Of a stretch of DNA of 64,000 nt, positions 24,901 to 39,900 are shown one piece after another. The stretch lies in assembly GCF_964355755.1 (NCBI RefSeq), contig NC_092670.1:36630388-36694387 (forward strand). The letters run 5' to 3'. Every line of letters starts with the position of its first letter. Within the stretch, counting starts at the first letter, position 1. The translations under genes and the position numbers were made by a program. Source of the stretch: Antedon mediterranea. Taxonomy: Eukaryota > Animalia > Echinodermata. A model generated the notes under the pieces. The model was not told where the DNA came from. It saw only the letters and a program-made list of their open reading frames with translations, and did no database searches.

Positions 24901-27900
24901 TGAATGAATAAAACATCATCGCATACATGAAATACATTTTTATCACAATGACACGTATTAATAACCTTGGATAGATTTAGATAGATAACATAACGCTAGG
25001 ATAAACCTATGTGTCGCAATGGAACATTCTTTCTTATAAGTTAAACGGTGATTCGCCTTAACATTGGAAATGTAATACACATTTTGACACACATAGCGTG
25101 TCATACGAATATACCGAACAAAATATAATTATTATAAGCAAAGCCAACAAACTGGAGACTTTGGGAAACTCAATTCAAACGAAATGCTGATGCTTGATCT
25201 AACTCAACAGTTACGCATTATTAGGCCTATTATTATTTGGTTACCAGGTGTAATGTTCTCACGACATTTGCACGAAATAATGTCATTTTTTTCTCATTAA
25301 AATGTAATTAAAACTCAGTTTTTGTCATCACACATTAATAAGAAAACCATTTTATAATTAAAAAAAGGACGATATGTAAAAAGAATATTGATTGATAGAT
25401 AGGAAAACCATTTTATAATAAAAAAAAAAAGAAATAAAGAAGGACGACGTAAAAAAAAATATTGATTGACAGACTGCAAATTAGTTGTACATTTGTGACT
25501 GTACGCACTTTTATTGAATTAAAAAAAGTTTTACTTTTAATTGGATGAAAAGTATAATTTAGAGAGTATGAAACTACCATATAAATTATAATGTATTTTA
25601 AAAAAATGATTAAAACTAATGTGGTCATTTTTGTTTTGTTTAAAGCACAATTATTAATTAAAAATAGAAGTTTGACAAATTTAGGTGATTAAAAACGTTT
25701 TCACTAAAAACTTACTTGATTACATTTTAATGTTGGAAACTAACATTTGGGTAGTATATTTTGGATAATATAAAAGAGATGTTAAATGCTCAAAACATAG
25801 AACAGATATGTCACGAATTACTGATGTTACTCTCCTTTTTTTAAGATACCTGTTTTGAAAAAAAATTAAACGGTTGTGGAATAGACCAACTTGTTGTTGA
25901 ATAGACGAAAATGGTTGTTAAATATACCAAAATGGTTGTTGAATAGACAAAAATGGTTGTTGAATTGACCATTTTAACTTTAGTTATTCACTTTGACAGA
26001 AGTCAACGGCCTACCGTATCCATCCATGTTTGATATACAACTTTAAGGATAATGCAAAGAAATAAATCTTGACTATTGCATTGTAAATAGTCAACTAATT
26101 TACTCTACTTTATAAAATCATGCTGAATTGGTTTATAAAATCAATTCTTGTAATACGCTCTGAATTTTAAATAATGTTAGTGAAAGTTAGAAACATTAAG
26201 CTATGCCCGTCGACCTGGTTTTGTAGAACGTATAGAAAACTGTATTCGCAACGTGACTCTGCTTATAACGGGTAAAACTGCGCAGTAACCTGTGTAAAGC
26301 TTGGTTCCCACTAGAACGTAACGCAAGGACGTAAACGTAACGCAAGCGTTTTAACCAATGACAAGTTATAGGCAGTTAGCAATCACAAGCGAATAAGCCA
26401 TCGCTTGTGATTGGTCAATTCACTTGCGTTGCGTTACGTCCTTGTGTTGCGTCGCCAGTGGGAACCACGCATTACTCAACCAAACATTATTCCATCATGC
26501 CTTTTATTTGCCTCTTTTGGGAGGAGGTTTTGCTACTAGTAGAATGCTGTCCATTTGGTGTGCACATGACAGGTGCTCATTAGATGAATACTACATTTTA
26601 ACCTGTAATTGTTGAGATCTCTTATAACGGAGAAGGTTGCGTTACTAGTGTGTAGTAGAACTTTCATCAACAGCGGAGATTTATCTTGTTTATATGCTTT
26701 TAAGATTATCCGAGAGTTTGTTCCATAAAATAATTAGGGCCGCCATGAACAACAGAACGACGCCTTACATAATGAAAACTATGTTTTTGGTACATAATGG
26801 ATAGCGTCTATAGGCACAACCGTCTAAAAACCGTAGCAGAGTTTGTAACAAAAGTTTGCTGGAGTAAACAATGCTTAGCCCTTTATCCTCACGCACAAAA
26901 GCTGACGCATCTTGACAGCATGGATTCTTGCAGAATCAAACTCATAAAAGAATCATATTCGAATTCATCAAGCATTCCGAGGTGTGTGTAAACGTACGCC
27001 AACTGGACATTTAAATAATGGCAACGTTGCAATAACCTACTATGCCTATGCCTAACTAATACTATGGTAAAGTCCTCATAAAAATTCAAATCCCAGACGT
27101 GAAAGTAACACTTTTTTTATTTGGTTTCAGGAGCGTACTAATGAAATTTGTCATTAAAATAATCAAATTATCTCTAATAAATTGACAAGCTCTTATTTAT
27201 AGCCTTATTCATTAATAACAAAAAACGCAAATGAAAAAACCTACTAAGAATAAAAATCTATCAAAACTATGAATAACTGACACGTTATGTAGGTCTATTA
27301 CTTGTCTACTTAAACACAGATATAAGTTCTCACAAACGCTAGTTATTTGTACTTATTTAAACAGATTTTTAAAAAAAGGCATGGAAAGACAGGCATGGTC
27401 TAAACACAGTTGGTCAACCCAATACATACAGCATCATCAAGGGAATTGACCAATAGACCAGACATTGACAAAATGGAATTAATTAAAACAATTTAAGTAG
27501 TTACTATTAAGAGAACTTTGATAAAGCGTGGTTCCCACTAGCGGCGCAACGAAACGCAGAGCGACATGTCGACGCAAAGTTCTGTATTGCCTAATCACAA
27601 GGTTTGATTTCACGAAGGCGGGGGCAAACTCAATTATCGGAAGGGCATTTTCTTAAAGCTTGGTTTCCACTTGGACGCAACGCAAGGACGTAAACGCAAC
27701 GCAAGCGTTTTAACCAACGACAAGCGAAGTTATAGACAGTTAGTAATCACAAGCGAATAAGCCATCGCTTGTGATTGGTCAATTCACTTGCGTTGCGTTA
27801 CGTCCTTGTGTTACGTCGCTAGTGGGAACCACGCTTTACGTTGCGTAGGCTGCGTTAACGTTGCGTCGCTTGTGGGAACCAAGCTTAAGAGAGCTTTGAT

Positions 27901-30900
27901 AAGGTACTTGACACTGGCACTGATAACAATATCAGTAGAATACGGTGCTCCTTCCACTTTACAATTAACTATGATTGAAATTCTATTTTATATGGAACAG
28001 CTGACAAATATTAATAACATGAACATTTGGCCTTGAACTGTTTTTATTATGTTTACATATTTTTTTATTACGGAATTTTTAATTAAATATTCCAATATGC
28101 TATATTACAAAGTTTATGAATAATAAAGGAAACATATGCCACGGTATGAGATGAGAGACGAGAGTGTGTTGAAATACAAACTAGCCTATAGAAATGTATT
28201 TTCTGTGCGAAATCTTTTTGTGAAGTTGCAATTGATTCGTACGGATCGTACTATTAAAGCGTAGTTCCCACTAGCGACGCAACGTAACGCAATCTACGCA
28301 ACGTAAGCAAATGCCCTTCCAATCATCGCAAGTTTGATTTCACGCAGGCGGGGGCAAACACAATAGAAGGGAATGTTCTTACGTTGCGTAGGTTACGTCA
28401 CATTGCGTCGCTAGTGGGAAACAAGCTTTATAAAGTAAATGCATGTGATACATCTGTTTGTCACAATTTTATCATAAACAATATTTTAAAGGTTAATATT
28501 TATAAGATCAGGGTAAAACAGTACAGCCACTTTGGATACAAACCGGCGTTCATTTGGTGTGAATTGCAATTTTGTTACAGCAAGCATGCGTGTAGTTATA
28601 TACTGTTTATTTAAAGATAAAACATTTGTTTTAATTTTCAATGATGCCAAACGAAAATTGTTTAGATACATAAATTAGTAATTCTAGGTCAACAAAATTA
28701 ACATATATTTGCATATCAAAATCCACTTCGACTTACTTTCACCAATGGCGTAAATAGCAATCTCATACTAACTTATTGACTACCCTCAATCTGGTTATTC
28801 TATCCTGACATTGTAACTAAACTATCACTAGTGGCGGAAATGGCGTCCCATACTAGCACTATAGATAGACACATTTTGAAAAAGTGATTACCTGGTTATA
28901 TTTCAATTAATTAAATATAAAACTAATTTGTATTCTTCTTCTCATTTAGTCTTTGATGATGACTATCATACTATTGTAACTTATAATACCGCCAGGAAAT
29001 ATTCAAACTAGGTCAACAGGATTAGCATATTTTGCATAATATTAAATCTAACTGGACTTTCACTAACATCAATACTTACTCTTGATCTGGCTCTGTATAT
29101 CTTGAGAAAGTGATTACCTATCTTAGTTTTCTGATACCACCAGGACATAACCAAACTAACATGATTAACATAAATAAACATACTATTAAATCTACCTGGA
29201 CTTACGTTCACTAGTTTGGTGAGTGGAATCAATCTGGCCATTTATTGCATTTCTAGAAAGTGATTACCTTGCAATTATCTTAATTATCAAATAAATCTAC
29301 GGTAATTTGCCTTTAGTTTCTGTTGACTATTGCACATACTATAATACCACCAGGACATAACCAAACTAGTTTGTTATGATTAACATAGATTGTTATAATA
29401 TAAAATCCACCTGTACTTTCACTAAAGGCGGGAATGGCATCTCATACCAACTTTGGTTGGTATGAGATGCCATTCCCGCCTTTACCAGATTTAGGGTAAT
29501 TATTAAAATAATTACCCTAAATCTGTTTATTTATTCTATTCTGAGAAACTATTTCTATATAATATCTTCATCTTAATTATTTAGAATTTAATTATAATGT
29601 TTCTTATTTCAGCTTTAAAATGTAATAAATTTCTACTAATATTCAAATATAATACACTTTTTAAATATTTCTATGACCTTTCAAAATCTTTAGTTTCACT
29701 TTTATTTATACGATAAATCACTGCAAAATAATTTTAGTTTTATACTATACAATACAATATTTCTACATAGTGTCGCTTTTAGAAGTAATATAGGGTCATA
29801 TTTATGTGGGAAAATGTCCTTAAGATCAATTTTACACGTAGTATGCACGACATTTATAACGTCTTATGATTACTATTAATGTAACGTAAAACTTGGTTCT
29901 CACACAAGTGAGTTGACCAATCACAAGCGACAGTTTAAATGAGTTGACCAATCACAAACGACAGTTCATGTGAGTTGAGTAATCACAAGCTCGGATGATC
30001 TATTTTTCGAAAATATTTTTGTCTTCTGCAGATCCATCGCAAATAATTTAACTAGTGCAACATCTGATATATTAGACGATTTATTGGAAAATCACGACGC
30101 TCGACTTAGGCCTTATATAAAAGGTAAGTATTGTAAAAAGTAAAATACTGAACCACGTCGGTCAACTCGGACAATGTAAGTTCGTATGCTCGGACAATAC
30201 GACCTTACTGGAATCTAATTCGTTTTTAAAGATTTAAATTGGAAATTGTTATTTATTTATACTGAGTAACCTCCCAGAGAGCCCAGTGCCTGTGATGTAC
30301 TAGTACACCGGGGTACCCCCTACTCGTCTCGAACGATGTACTAGGTTCTTTAAAGTACACATTGAGTTAGATGTGTACACTGAACCTACAGTTTATAGTC
30401 CTTATCAAAGAAGACTTGTTCTAACACCAGATTAATTAATTTGGTTGTCCTGAATTCATCATCATATGTTTCTCCTTTATTCCTTGTCATTTGACTGTTG
30501 TTATGTATGATATGTGTATGATGTATGGATTCGAAATAAAAACAAACAAACACACTTTTTACAATTTAAAATATAATAATATGAAAACTTGTTCTAACAC
30601 CAGATTAATTAATTTGGTTGTCCTGAATTCATCATCATATGTTTCTCCTTTATTCCTTGTCATTTGACTGTTGTTATGTATGATATGTGTATGATGTATG
30701 TATTCGAAATAAAAACAAACAAACACACTTTTTACAATTTAAAATATAATAATATGAAAACTTGTTCTAACACCAGATTAATTAATTTGGTTGTCCTGAT
30801 TCATCATCATATGTTTCTCCTTTATTCCTTGTTATTTGACTGTTGTTATGTATGATATGTGTATGATGTATGGATTCGAAATAAAAACAAACAAACACAC

Positions 30901-33900
30901 TTTTTACAATTTAAAATATAATAATATGAAGACGCTTAAGGAATTTGCAGAAGAGAGAAAACTGATTACAGCTTCTAGAACGAGTTCGTTATCAATTTCG
31001 CCTTATAGACAGTGAATAAGATTTAATTATGATATTATAGTTTACCACGGCGACGTGGAGTACAATTGATCCCTTGTGAGCGTAACACAATATCTCCATC
31101 AAATGAAGCGGTTTTATTAATGAAATAGTACAATATTTTCTATTAAATATATTCTTATCATTGTAAGTGTGGAGAGAAGACCTACGTCATTAATACATTG
31201 ATATGATGGTTATTTTCTCAGACACCCACAGAGATAACATGCAGTTTATAATGATATCAGAATGTTGCCGCGCGCTTACATAGATGTGTTATTATATAAG
31301 AATGTAACGCGCACGTACATATAAAGCTTGGTTCCCACTAGCGACGCAACGCAAGGACGTAACGCAACGTAAGTGATTTGACCAATCATTTCATGGATTA
31401 TTCAAAAAGTGGCTTGTTATTGGTCAACTCGCATGCGTTGCGCGTACGTCCTTGCGTTGCGTCTCTAGTGCGAAGTGAATATCACGGTACATCATGATAT
31501 CAATCACAGGCCCCTTACTATGGAACTCCCTTAACAAGTCTTTATTTGATCATAGTTTCATCACATTTAAATCAAAATACAACAAATACCTAACATCAAA
31601 ATACAAACCAACTTAATATTTCACCCAAATTTGACCTATTTCAAACACCTCTTTTACCCTTATTTATTTGTTTGTCTTGTCTTCGTCCATACTTAGTCTC
31701 TTGCGTTGTGTATGTACCGTCTGTTACCCTGTTTGTCTCTGTCTATGAACATTTGATCCGAATTTTTTATAAAAACTTTTTTCCTGGTGGAACCTGTCTT
31801 AAAGCTCTCTGAGCTTATTATACGAGTTTCTCCAGATACAAGGCATTAACTATTAGTTTGATTCATATTTTGTTAACATATTTTGAATTTTGCTTTGTGT
31901 AAATAAATAAATGAATGAATGAATGAATATTTCCACGCACACGGTAACATTTTATTATTATTGTATTAATAAAAATAATAAATGATTTGCACGCACGTGA
32001 TGTTTGTATTTATTAATAGAATTCTTATTGAAAATAATAATACGGTAATTAAATTAATTTCTTTCAGGACCACCGATTACTGTAACACTCAGTGCGCATG
32101 TCGAGAGTTTAAGCTCAATAAAAGAATCGACAATGGTAAGCTTAAAAAACAATTATGTTTCATATTAAATCAAATGGTTGAGCAATAAAATATTTAGAAA
32201 ATTAGTTTTTAATGTATGTATCTAATAACATAAATCATTCATTATGGCTAACGGCGTTAGAATGAGATTATTTCTATTCCGATTATAATCCGTTTATGAA
32301 TGTTTAATAAATTAATATTTAAGTACCCATCGTTAAAATCACATGAATGATTTACAATTCATTTAATCTGGGCATTTTACTTTCATACATAATTCATTTT
32401 TATAATTTCTTTAATAATATTGAAAATTACATTTTTCGGAATGAATCAAATTATAGTAAATGTTAACGGGATTCTTCTTGTTATAAATAATTTGGTGAAT
32501 TATATCGTTCAATATTTACCCTAATTTCAATATGTATAATAATACATAGGCTTTAAACGTGTAGTATTCGTGTGAAAACCGCGTGTATTATTCGTGTGAT
32601 ATGCGATGACCAGCAATGTGTATATACTTAATTGTTTTGGGAACACTCCGTATTAACATTTTGGTTATGCGTATTCTATAAAAGCAATTAACTACAGTTC
32701 TCACGACGCGCCCCTCAACTATACGTAGCCGTCGATTCGAAAAGTCGTACTGGGCACGCTCAGAAACATAACATTATGGGTATGTACCATAGAGGTAATA
32801 ACCGTGACACATGGTTAAAAAAGGGACATATTAAAACCTTTATGATAGTGATACATAAACTTGTTCTTAACATCCCATCCTATGCACAACATTTTAGGAG
32901 ACGACTAAATCGCCCAAACAGTTAGAGAAAACATAAGAATTAGCTTCAAATAAAAAATGTTTATTATTACTTGAAGGATTACGTAATAACAATGTTCTTT
33001 CGGCAAGAATGGCATGATCCTAGGCTGGAGTTTAACGATACAGATGAGATTACAATGAAGGGAGATGATGCGTCTAAGGTGTGGGTACCGGACGTTTTCT
33101 TTCCACGCGAGAAGAACTCTCGATTACACGATGCAACAATCTCGAATAGAGTCATTTGGATTAAGCCGACTGGACACGTTATGCTTAGTATGAGGTAGGC
33201 CTAAACGTTATTTATTCTCCTTCAATTACTATTCCACAACTTCGATTTTCGACTATCTATCTCCCAGAAACTATAGTTACGTCACGTTAATTCACGGGTA
33301 CACTGGGATTTGCTTTCTCACAGATTCAGGCGACCAACCAAATATATGCGTGGACCTAGATCGTCGCTTTCTGTACCACTAAGTTGATTAACTCCTTGGT
33401 CAGAAAAGTTAGTATATGTTCTTTCAATGTGAAATGTGTTTTATTTAGAACATATTGTGTAAATATGTATTGTGCTACATTATGGTGCAACTATAATCAA
33501 GGTACCTTGCGATCTCTCCATGTATGCTACAATAATGGTTTAAGAATGTTGTTGCAAAGGCCTCGACATTGCAGTGCCAGCCTCATGTTTACGGAATGTA
33601 GAATTCCTTCTTTTTATGAATTGTTAAGAAAATCAATAGGCCTATATGGCCTGATGTGTAGATTTAATGCAAGCAAAAATATTTTAATCTCAACGATTAT
33701 AAGCAACGTCTTAGTTAAGTGGAAGATGCTCTCCAGGTGGAATGTCATCCTGAGATGAGTAGTAGTAATTAGTCTTGTTTATTTTATTTCATTTATATGT
33801 AGGCCTAATTTTTTACTTTCTATGTACCAGAGTTTCCGAAATAAAAGATTGAATTGAATTGAATTATTATCATATCTTAAACCACCACCAATCAACGCAT

Positions 33901-36900
33901 ACTAATAGCACACAGATATGAATAAAAAAAAAGAATAATAAAAGACTAAAAAAAGTCTAAAAAAGGAGGAGAAAATAAACAAAAACATTAGGTCTATTAT
34001 ATGCCTACTGAGTCGCTCACGATCGGCATAGTGCTTCCGGGGGACAAACAGGGTTCATCCTGTTTTTTGTCCTTTTATACCTCACCTGGGGTGGTCACTA
34101 TTAAAGTAGAGGAACATTTTCCCCGTCTCCCAACATGATAGTACCCCACCGGAGGTGCTGACCGGTCGTGGGCGACCAATGTTTTTTTTTTTTACATAAT
34201 TTTTGTTTTATGTTGTATGTATGTATATGTAGATGTCTTTAAATAATAGTCACCAAACTGACAAGAACTCGCTTCTTTTTTGGTGTACTGTTGGGTGTTG
34301 TTGTAAATTGTAAATTGAATTTGTGAATTGTGAATAAATTGAAAAATTGTTTTAAATTTTCGGTGCAGGGGTAAAAAAGAAAAACATCTAAATATACTAT
34401 ACAAGTTTGACGAAAGTAATAACATTTTGCGTTGTATTAATATTCTGATAATGATGATGATGATGATGATTTTTTTCTGAATATAACTCATCCATTAATG
34501 CATATTGATGATTATTCCATACTTTTTTTCTCTTTTGTGGCGGAAACACCACTTTTATTCACATTCATATTATCTTTCATGTCATCACATAAAATCATAT
34601 TATTCATCACATTTTTGTTAATTCCTAATGTCATTCAAATTTGTTAAACTTCTTCAGTAACATTTTTTAAAATTGGTATTCCGTTTTACCTTTCTTTTTC
34701 ATTAATTTTTTTATATTTTTCTATAATACACTTACAGAAGAAGTTTAAAAAGTGAATACAAAGACGTTTGGGCTAAATAACCTTTTTGTTTCCAAACATC
34801 GTTGTAACATATTAATTTTCTTATACATGATCATTATCATCATGATTATATATATATATATATACATTCATTTTTTTTTCTCTCATTACATACTTATTTA
34901 GATTACTCAAACATGTACTTAGGCTGCATCCATAGAAACTATTCGCACGCAACTGACATTCAAAATAATTGTTGGCCTAATGAATCTTCATTTTGCAATA
35001 ATTGGAATCGTATTATTGTTTTTGAAAGACCAACCGAGAGAACGAAATGATTTGCATTGGCATTACAAGGTTCCATAAATGTGTCCTTTGCTGAACTTAT
35101 TGACTAGATTGATTTTTTCTCTCCAGAGAAGCTCTTTCAGAAACAAATACTGAGTTTACGACACCCCGCAGAGAATGTTGTATCACGCACTAATTTCGTC
35201 TAATTTCGTATTTTTCAAACCACTTATATTAGAAGAAACGATACTATTTACTGACCTTCAACTTCTATTTAAAAATATAGTTCTGTAGCACACATCGTCA
35301 AGATTGAAATTAAAAGAAGAAAATATAAAATATTATGTCGATAATATACTTTTCCTCCTTCCTAAAATGATAATAAAATTAAATAAAGTTGAGAACAACT
35401 TAATGTTGTATTTGTATTGCATTTGGTGTTGTATAAAATGTTTTTTTTTTAATTTAAACAATATAAGAAACAACTTTTGAAAAATAAGTTGAAAGTTATC
35501 TTTCAATCTGAGAATTTGAATTTAATTATGTTTCAGTTTTGTTTGTTTGTTAGTTTATTTTTATACTGGGTTACCTCTTCAGTCAAAGACTGGTCTCCCA
35601 GAGGGCCCAGTTGGCGATCAGTGGCTGTGGTGTACTAATACACCGGGGTAACCCTCTACTCGTCTCGAAAGATGTACTAAGTTCTAAGTGTTAATATTAA
35701 CGCAACCCTCCTAATGAAAGTCGCTACCGCGGTAGAATTATTAGACATACAATATCATAAATTATACATCATGTTTATGGCAACACTCTTATCCTATTCA
35801 CACTATATTAGGGTACAATGGTTAGAACATAGTTTTGATATAGATTGGGGCTTTAAAAGAAATCTACATCTTACTTAATCTTTCGTTGGTCAAACTGTGG
35901 AATCGTGCTAAATTGGAGCAATCCATTTTCTTTAGAAAAAAAAGTTGTTTACTCCAAAGTACCATCAGTAAATCGGCACTAATTGCTAATGTAAATTATA
36001 AAATATCATTATTATACATTTCTATATTTTAGCGACAACATTCCAATCCGTAGAGTTTAAGTTAATTCCATCTTTCTTTGTGAAACTACCGAAAGTGGTT
36101 CTCTTAAGGATGATCTACTAAAAAATACTCCAGGGATTAATAAGAATGATTTATTGGCGAAACATCAGATCTAAAAATAAGAAACAATAAAATTCAAGTT
36201 GTATCTATGTATATTCGGTTCCATCCGACATATAAATTCCGTCAATAAGATACTTTAACTTGAATTAAGCGGATCTGTACAATATTTGCCAAAATGGTTA
36301 TTCGGTAAAAATTGTCAGCGAGAGGAGTGGTTCACTGAAATGTTATTATGTTGTTTTGGTTATAGATTGTAAACTAATGCTGTCAATGGAATTGACAATG
36401 TTGAATGGACTAATATTTGAACTTGATGGTTAATATGTATCAATCCAAAGGTTCTGAATAACTAACTTGGATTGTTGTCGCAACTGCATCACCATAACGA
36501 AAGTGATTCGATTCACTATTTGCAATCCTTGGCAATATGCCTTAAAATGAATACTAATATTTTTTCAGGTCGATTTGCTTTCGTAATAATTTAACATCTT
36601 TTCTGCCTTCTGGCAGTTTCAAAACGTTAACCTATAATTATTTATATCGCATTTTGTATAATATTCATGCTGGCATAGAGTTAGCTTTCAATCCTTTTTT
36701 GCAACCATCAAAATTACTATTTTTCATTTTTATCGAGTGCATTACTTTACGTAATGCGATACTTTTTTTATACTTATTTTGCAGTCAGACTTGCTCTATG
36801 TGTGTGTGAGAGACTGGGAATGAAACACAAATATAGATGATATAATGATTTGGATAAATAATTATTCTGAAAAGTCCTGTGAGCACGGATCACGGCAAAA

Positions 36901-39900
36901 TAGAAAATATATATACCTATTGCCTTGGCCCACGGGGCGAGGGATAAGTGATTAAGTAGAAAATACTGGGATGCTACTCACTCTTTAATAGTAATTTGCA
37001 TATCTTCTTGTTCAACCTGCCCATTCATCCAAGTTATTTAAATGTGGCTAATCTTTTTCTCCCATTGTCAGAGAATAGTGAACTCTAGTGAACAATATCA
37101 AAATTCCCCTTTTCCCTTATTGAACAAGAGTTCCTCCTATCTTCCAAAAAAATATGTCTAATATGTATTTTTCTTTGTGTCATTTATCATCGTAATATCC
37201 ATCTCAAATTATCTATCTTTCTGATACTAATTTTATCTCCAAATATTTTTCTCTCTCTCTTTCTGCTCTATCATCAGAGAGCCCAAGTATCTAAAATGCG
37301 ACACTTACGTTCATTACCGTTCATTATTTTACTACACTTTTCCGGTTTTCCTCATTGTCTAGTTTCCAAAATTGGAAAAGGCATCTACAATTGAATGCAC
37401 AATGCCCGAGAATAAAGCCTTTTACCACGATAGAGAATTTAAACGTGACATAGTTTACTAATGCTTTAGTCACAAGAAAAAAAAGATATGTATACATGCA
37501 TACGTGCTTATTTATTCAATCGTGCATAAGACGATATTTTTGTCTTGTTAGGTTTATATATATATCCCAACCCTTAACATTGTCAGAATCCGTTGTTAAG
37601 ATCTCGTAAATATTCATTGATGTGATAGGAAGATTAACCTAGTAGCCTAATTAATCAATAAATAAAAAGTGAAGAAATGGTCAGGTTGAAACCTTATTAA
37701 CTGTAATGATATTCAGCAACATTGTAATTTATTCAAAATCCCTGATTTTTTAAACATTTTGACAACAAATTAAATTATTTTGAAGGATTTCACTGACGTT
37801 AGCATGTGATATGGAGTTACAACACTTTCCCATGGACTGTCAAATATGTTCGTTGAATATAGAAAGTTGTAAGTACAATTACCATCTATTTTACACAGAG
37901 ATCGAGTATTATATTTATCATTATTAATGAAAATAACGATGATGGTGTTGACGACGATAATAGATAATGATGATGATGATGACGATGACGATGACGATGA
38001 CGATAACAACGATAATAAGAGAATGATGATAAAGATGGTGACGACGACGACGACGACGACGACGATGATGATGATGATGATGATGACAACGATAGTAAGA
38101 GAATGATAAAGATGGTGACGACGACGACGATGATGATGATGATGACGATGATGATGATGATGACAACGATAATAAGAGAAGATGATAAAGATGGTGACGA
38201 CGAAGACGATGATGATGATGATGATGATGATAATGATGAAGATGGTGATGACGACGACGACAATAATGATGATGATGATGATGATGATGATGGTGGTGGT
38301 GATGCCAACAACGATGAAATGGAGGAATATAATTTATAAAGGTTGAAGGCATAGGTATAATAGGAATCTTTCGATTTACGATGATCGACAACCAAACTAG
38401 ATCAGGTCAATCGACGTGTCGTCACCGGTCGTCGCCTGGACCTAGAAACTATCAACCCTGTGTCGAGGTGAGGAGCGCAGACACACATCCCGACATGCGC
38501 ACAATGAACTAACATGACGTATTTTGGTAACCGGTCGTCGGAAAACGAAAGCTCCCCTATTTCATTTTAAATGATTTAGAGGTCATAGTAACATAAAGTT
38601 GAACAACAACGTTACAATCAATAAACCACGTAAATAAATACTATGTAAATAAGAAGTTTTGCAACGGTGCACTCCGCTCGACTTAATTATTTGTATCGTG
38701 TTTCTGTTTCTCTGTTAATGTTAACAATGTTGCAGATAACGTCCCTCCCTCTGGCCACAATCAATAACGTGTCTTTATATATGCATACAGCAGCACAGCT
38801 ACATTAATATCACCTGTAAACAGCGACGATAAATATACAATAATAACTAACGGCGGTCAGTCTAGTATAACAACAATAATACGTCCCATCGATGGTAATT
38901 CATTTTAAAAATATCAATTTCATTATTCGTAATTCTAACTGCTGTTTTCAATTAAATTGATTATACGAGCACAATTTGTTAATGGTTACGATTGCAATTA
39001 TTTTGCTGCAAAACGCAAATTTTAACAAAAAGCTTTGTCAGCCAATATCTATTTCAATTAATAAAGCACAATAAACACCGAGTGCAATAAAGATTTGATT
39101 TCATTTATTTCGTCAGAAAAGAACAAAAGCCTAACAAAATACAAAATAAAATGTCGAAATCCAAATGATTCTTGTTAACCAAGAAGCGAAATGAATCACT
39201 ATCAAGTGAAAAATGTAAAATGGAAACATACATGTTATAATTGTTTATATTTATAATTTTTTTTAATTTTATGTCTTTAAGCAATGTGGCCAAGGATTAC
39301 CAATAGTAAATTAATCACTGTCCTATCAGATAGGTGGTAATCCCCCTAATAAAGAGGCTATTTAACCACAGTTCATCGGGGTAACCCCTACTCTTCTCGA
39401 ATAATGAATAGATGTGTACACTGGATCTACGGCTCATAGTCCTTATCTGTTAGACTTGTTCCACCACCAGAACTAGGCGAGAGTCGGGCTCGAACCCTTT
39501 GCCGATGTTGTTGGCTCTTTAGGTAGGCCTACGGTAAACGGCACCCCTGCCTTAACCGCTCGGCCATTTGCCTCGGGTCTGATTTCAAGTAAAATCATAT
39601 AACTTTCGTTTAAACATAATTATTATTATATACTGCCTGTCTGTTATGTACGTTTAAGCCCATAATACAGATACTTACTTTACAACCTCGTCGCTGAGAG
39701 GTTCACTATATTTTAAGGGGTTGTTTATAGAGTTGATTTCCTTTCAAATTAAATCTATTTTGGTTATGTTTCCAAGGTAATCACAGTAACGTTAGCCTAC
39801 TGTACCTATAATTGTTCAGTAACAAAAGAGGAAAAATCTGTAATACAATAACACATATTTATCACATGTGAGACAAGTATTATAGACCATGCATGATACA

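Noticed and set aside
26740-27070. Perfect Kozak gccgccATG and ORF 26797-26991 as an alternative first exon
   Set aside because: The Kozak ORF stops after 19 codons, shows no hydrophobic signal peptide, and I found no phase-2 donor fitting exon 30032.
34133-34162. SECIS-like AUGA...GA hairpin
   Set aside because: Helix II is too short, there is no AAR apical motif, the location is intronic, and these bases pair better in the larger fold.
35700-37400. Possible ancient L1-like remnant on the minus strand
   Set aside because: Only faint motif echoes (RGILILF, IIYICVS) across many stops; needs a translated HMM search.
37770-38395. Poly-Ser/His/Asp ORFs
   Set aside because: Microsatellite artefacts; the only real coding part is the 83-nt Cys-loop exon on +.
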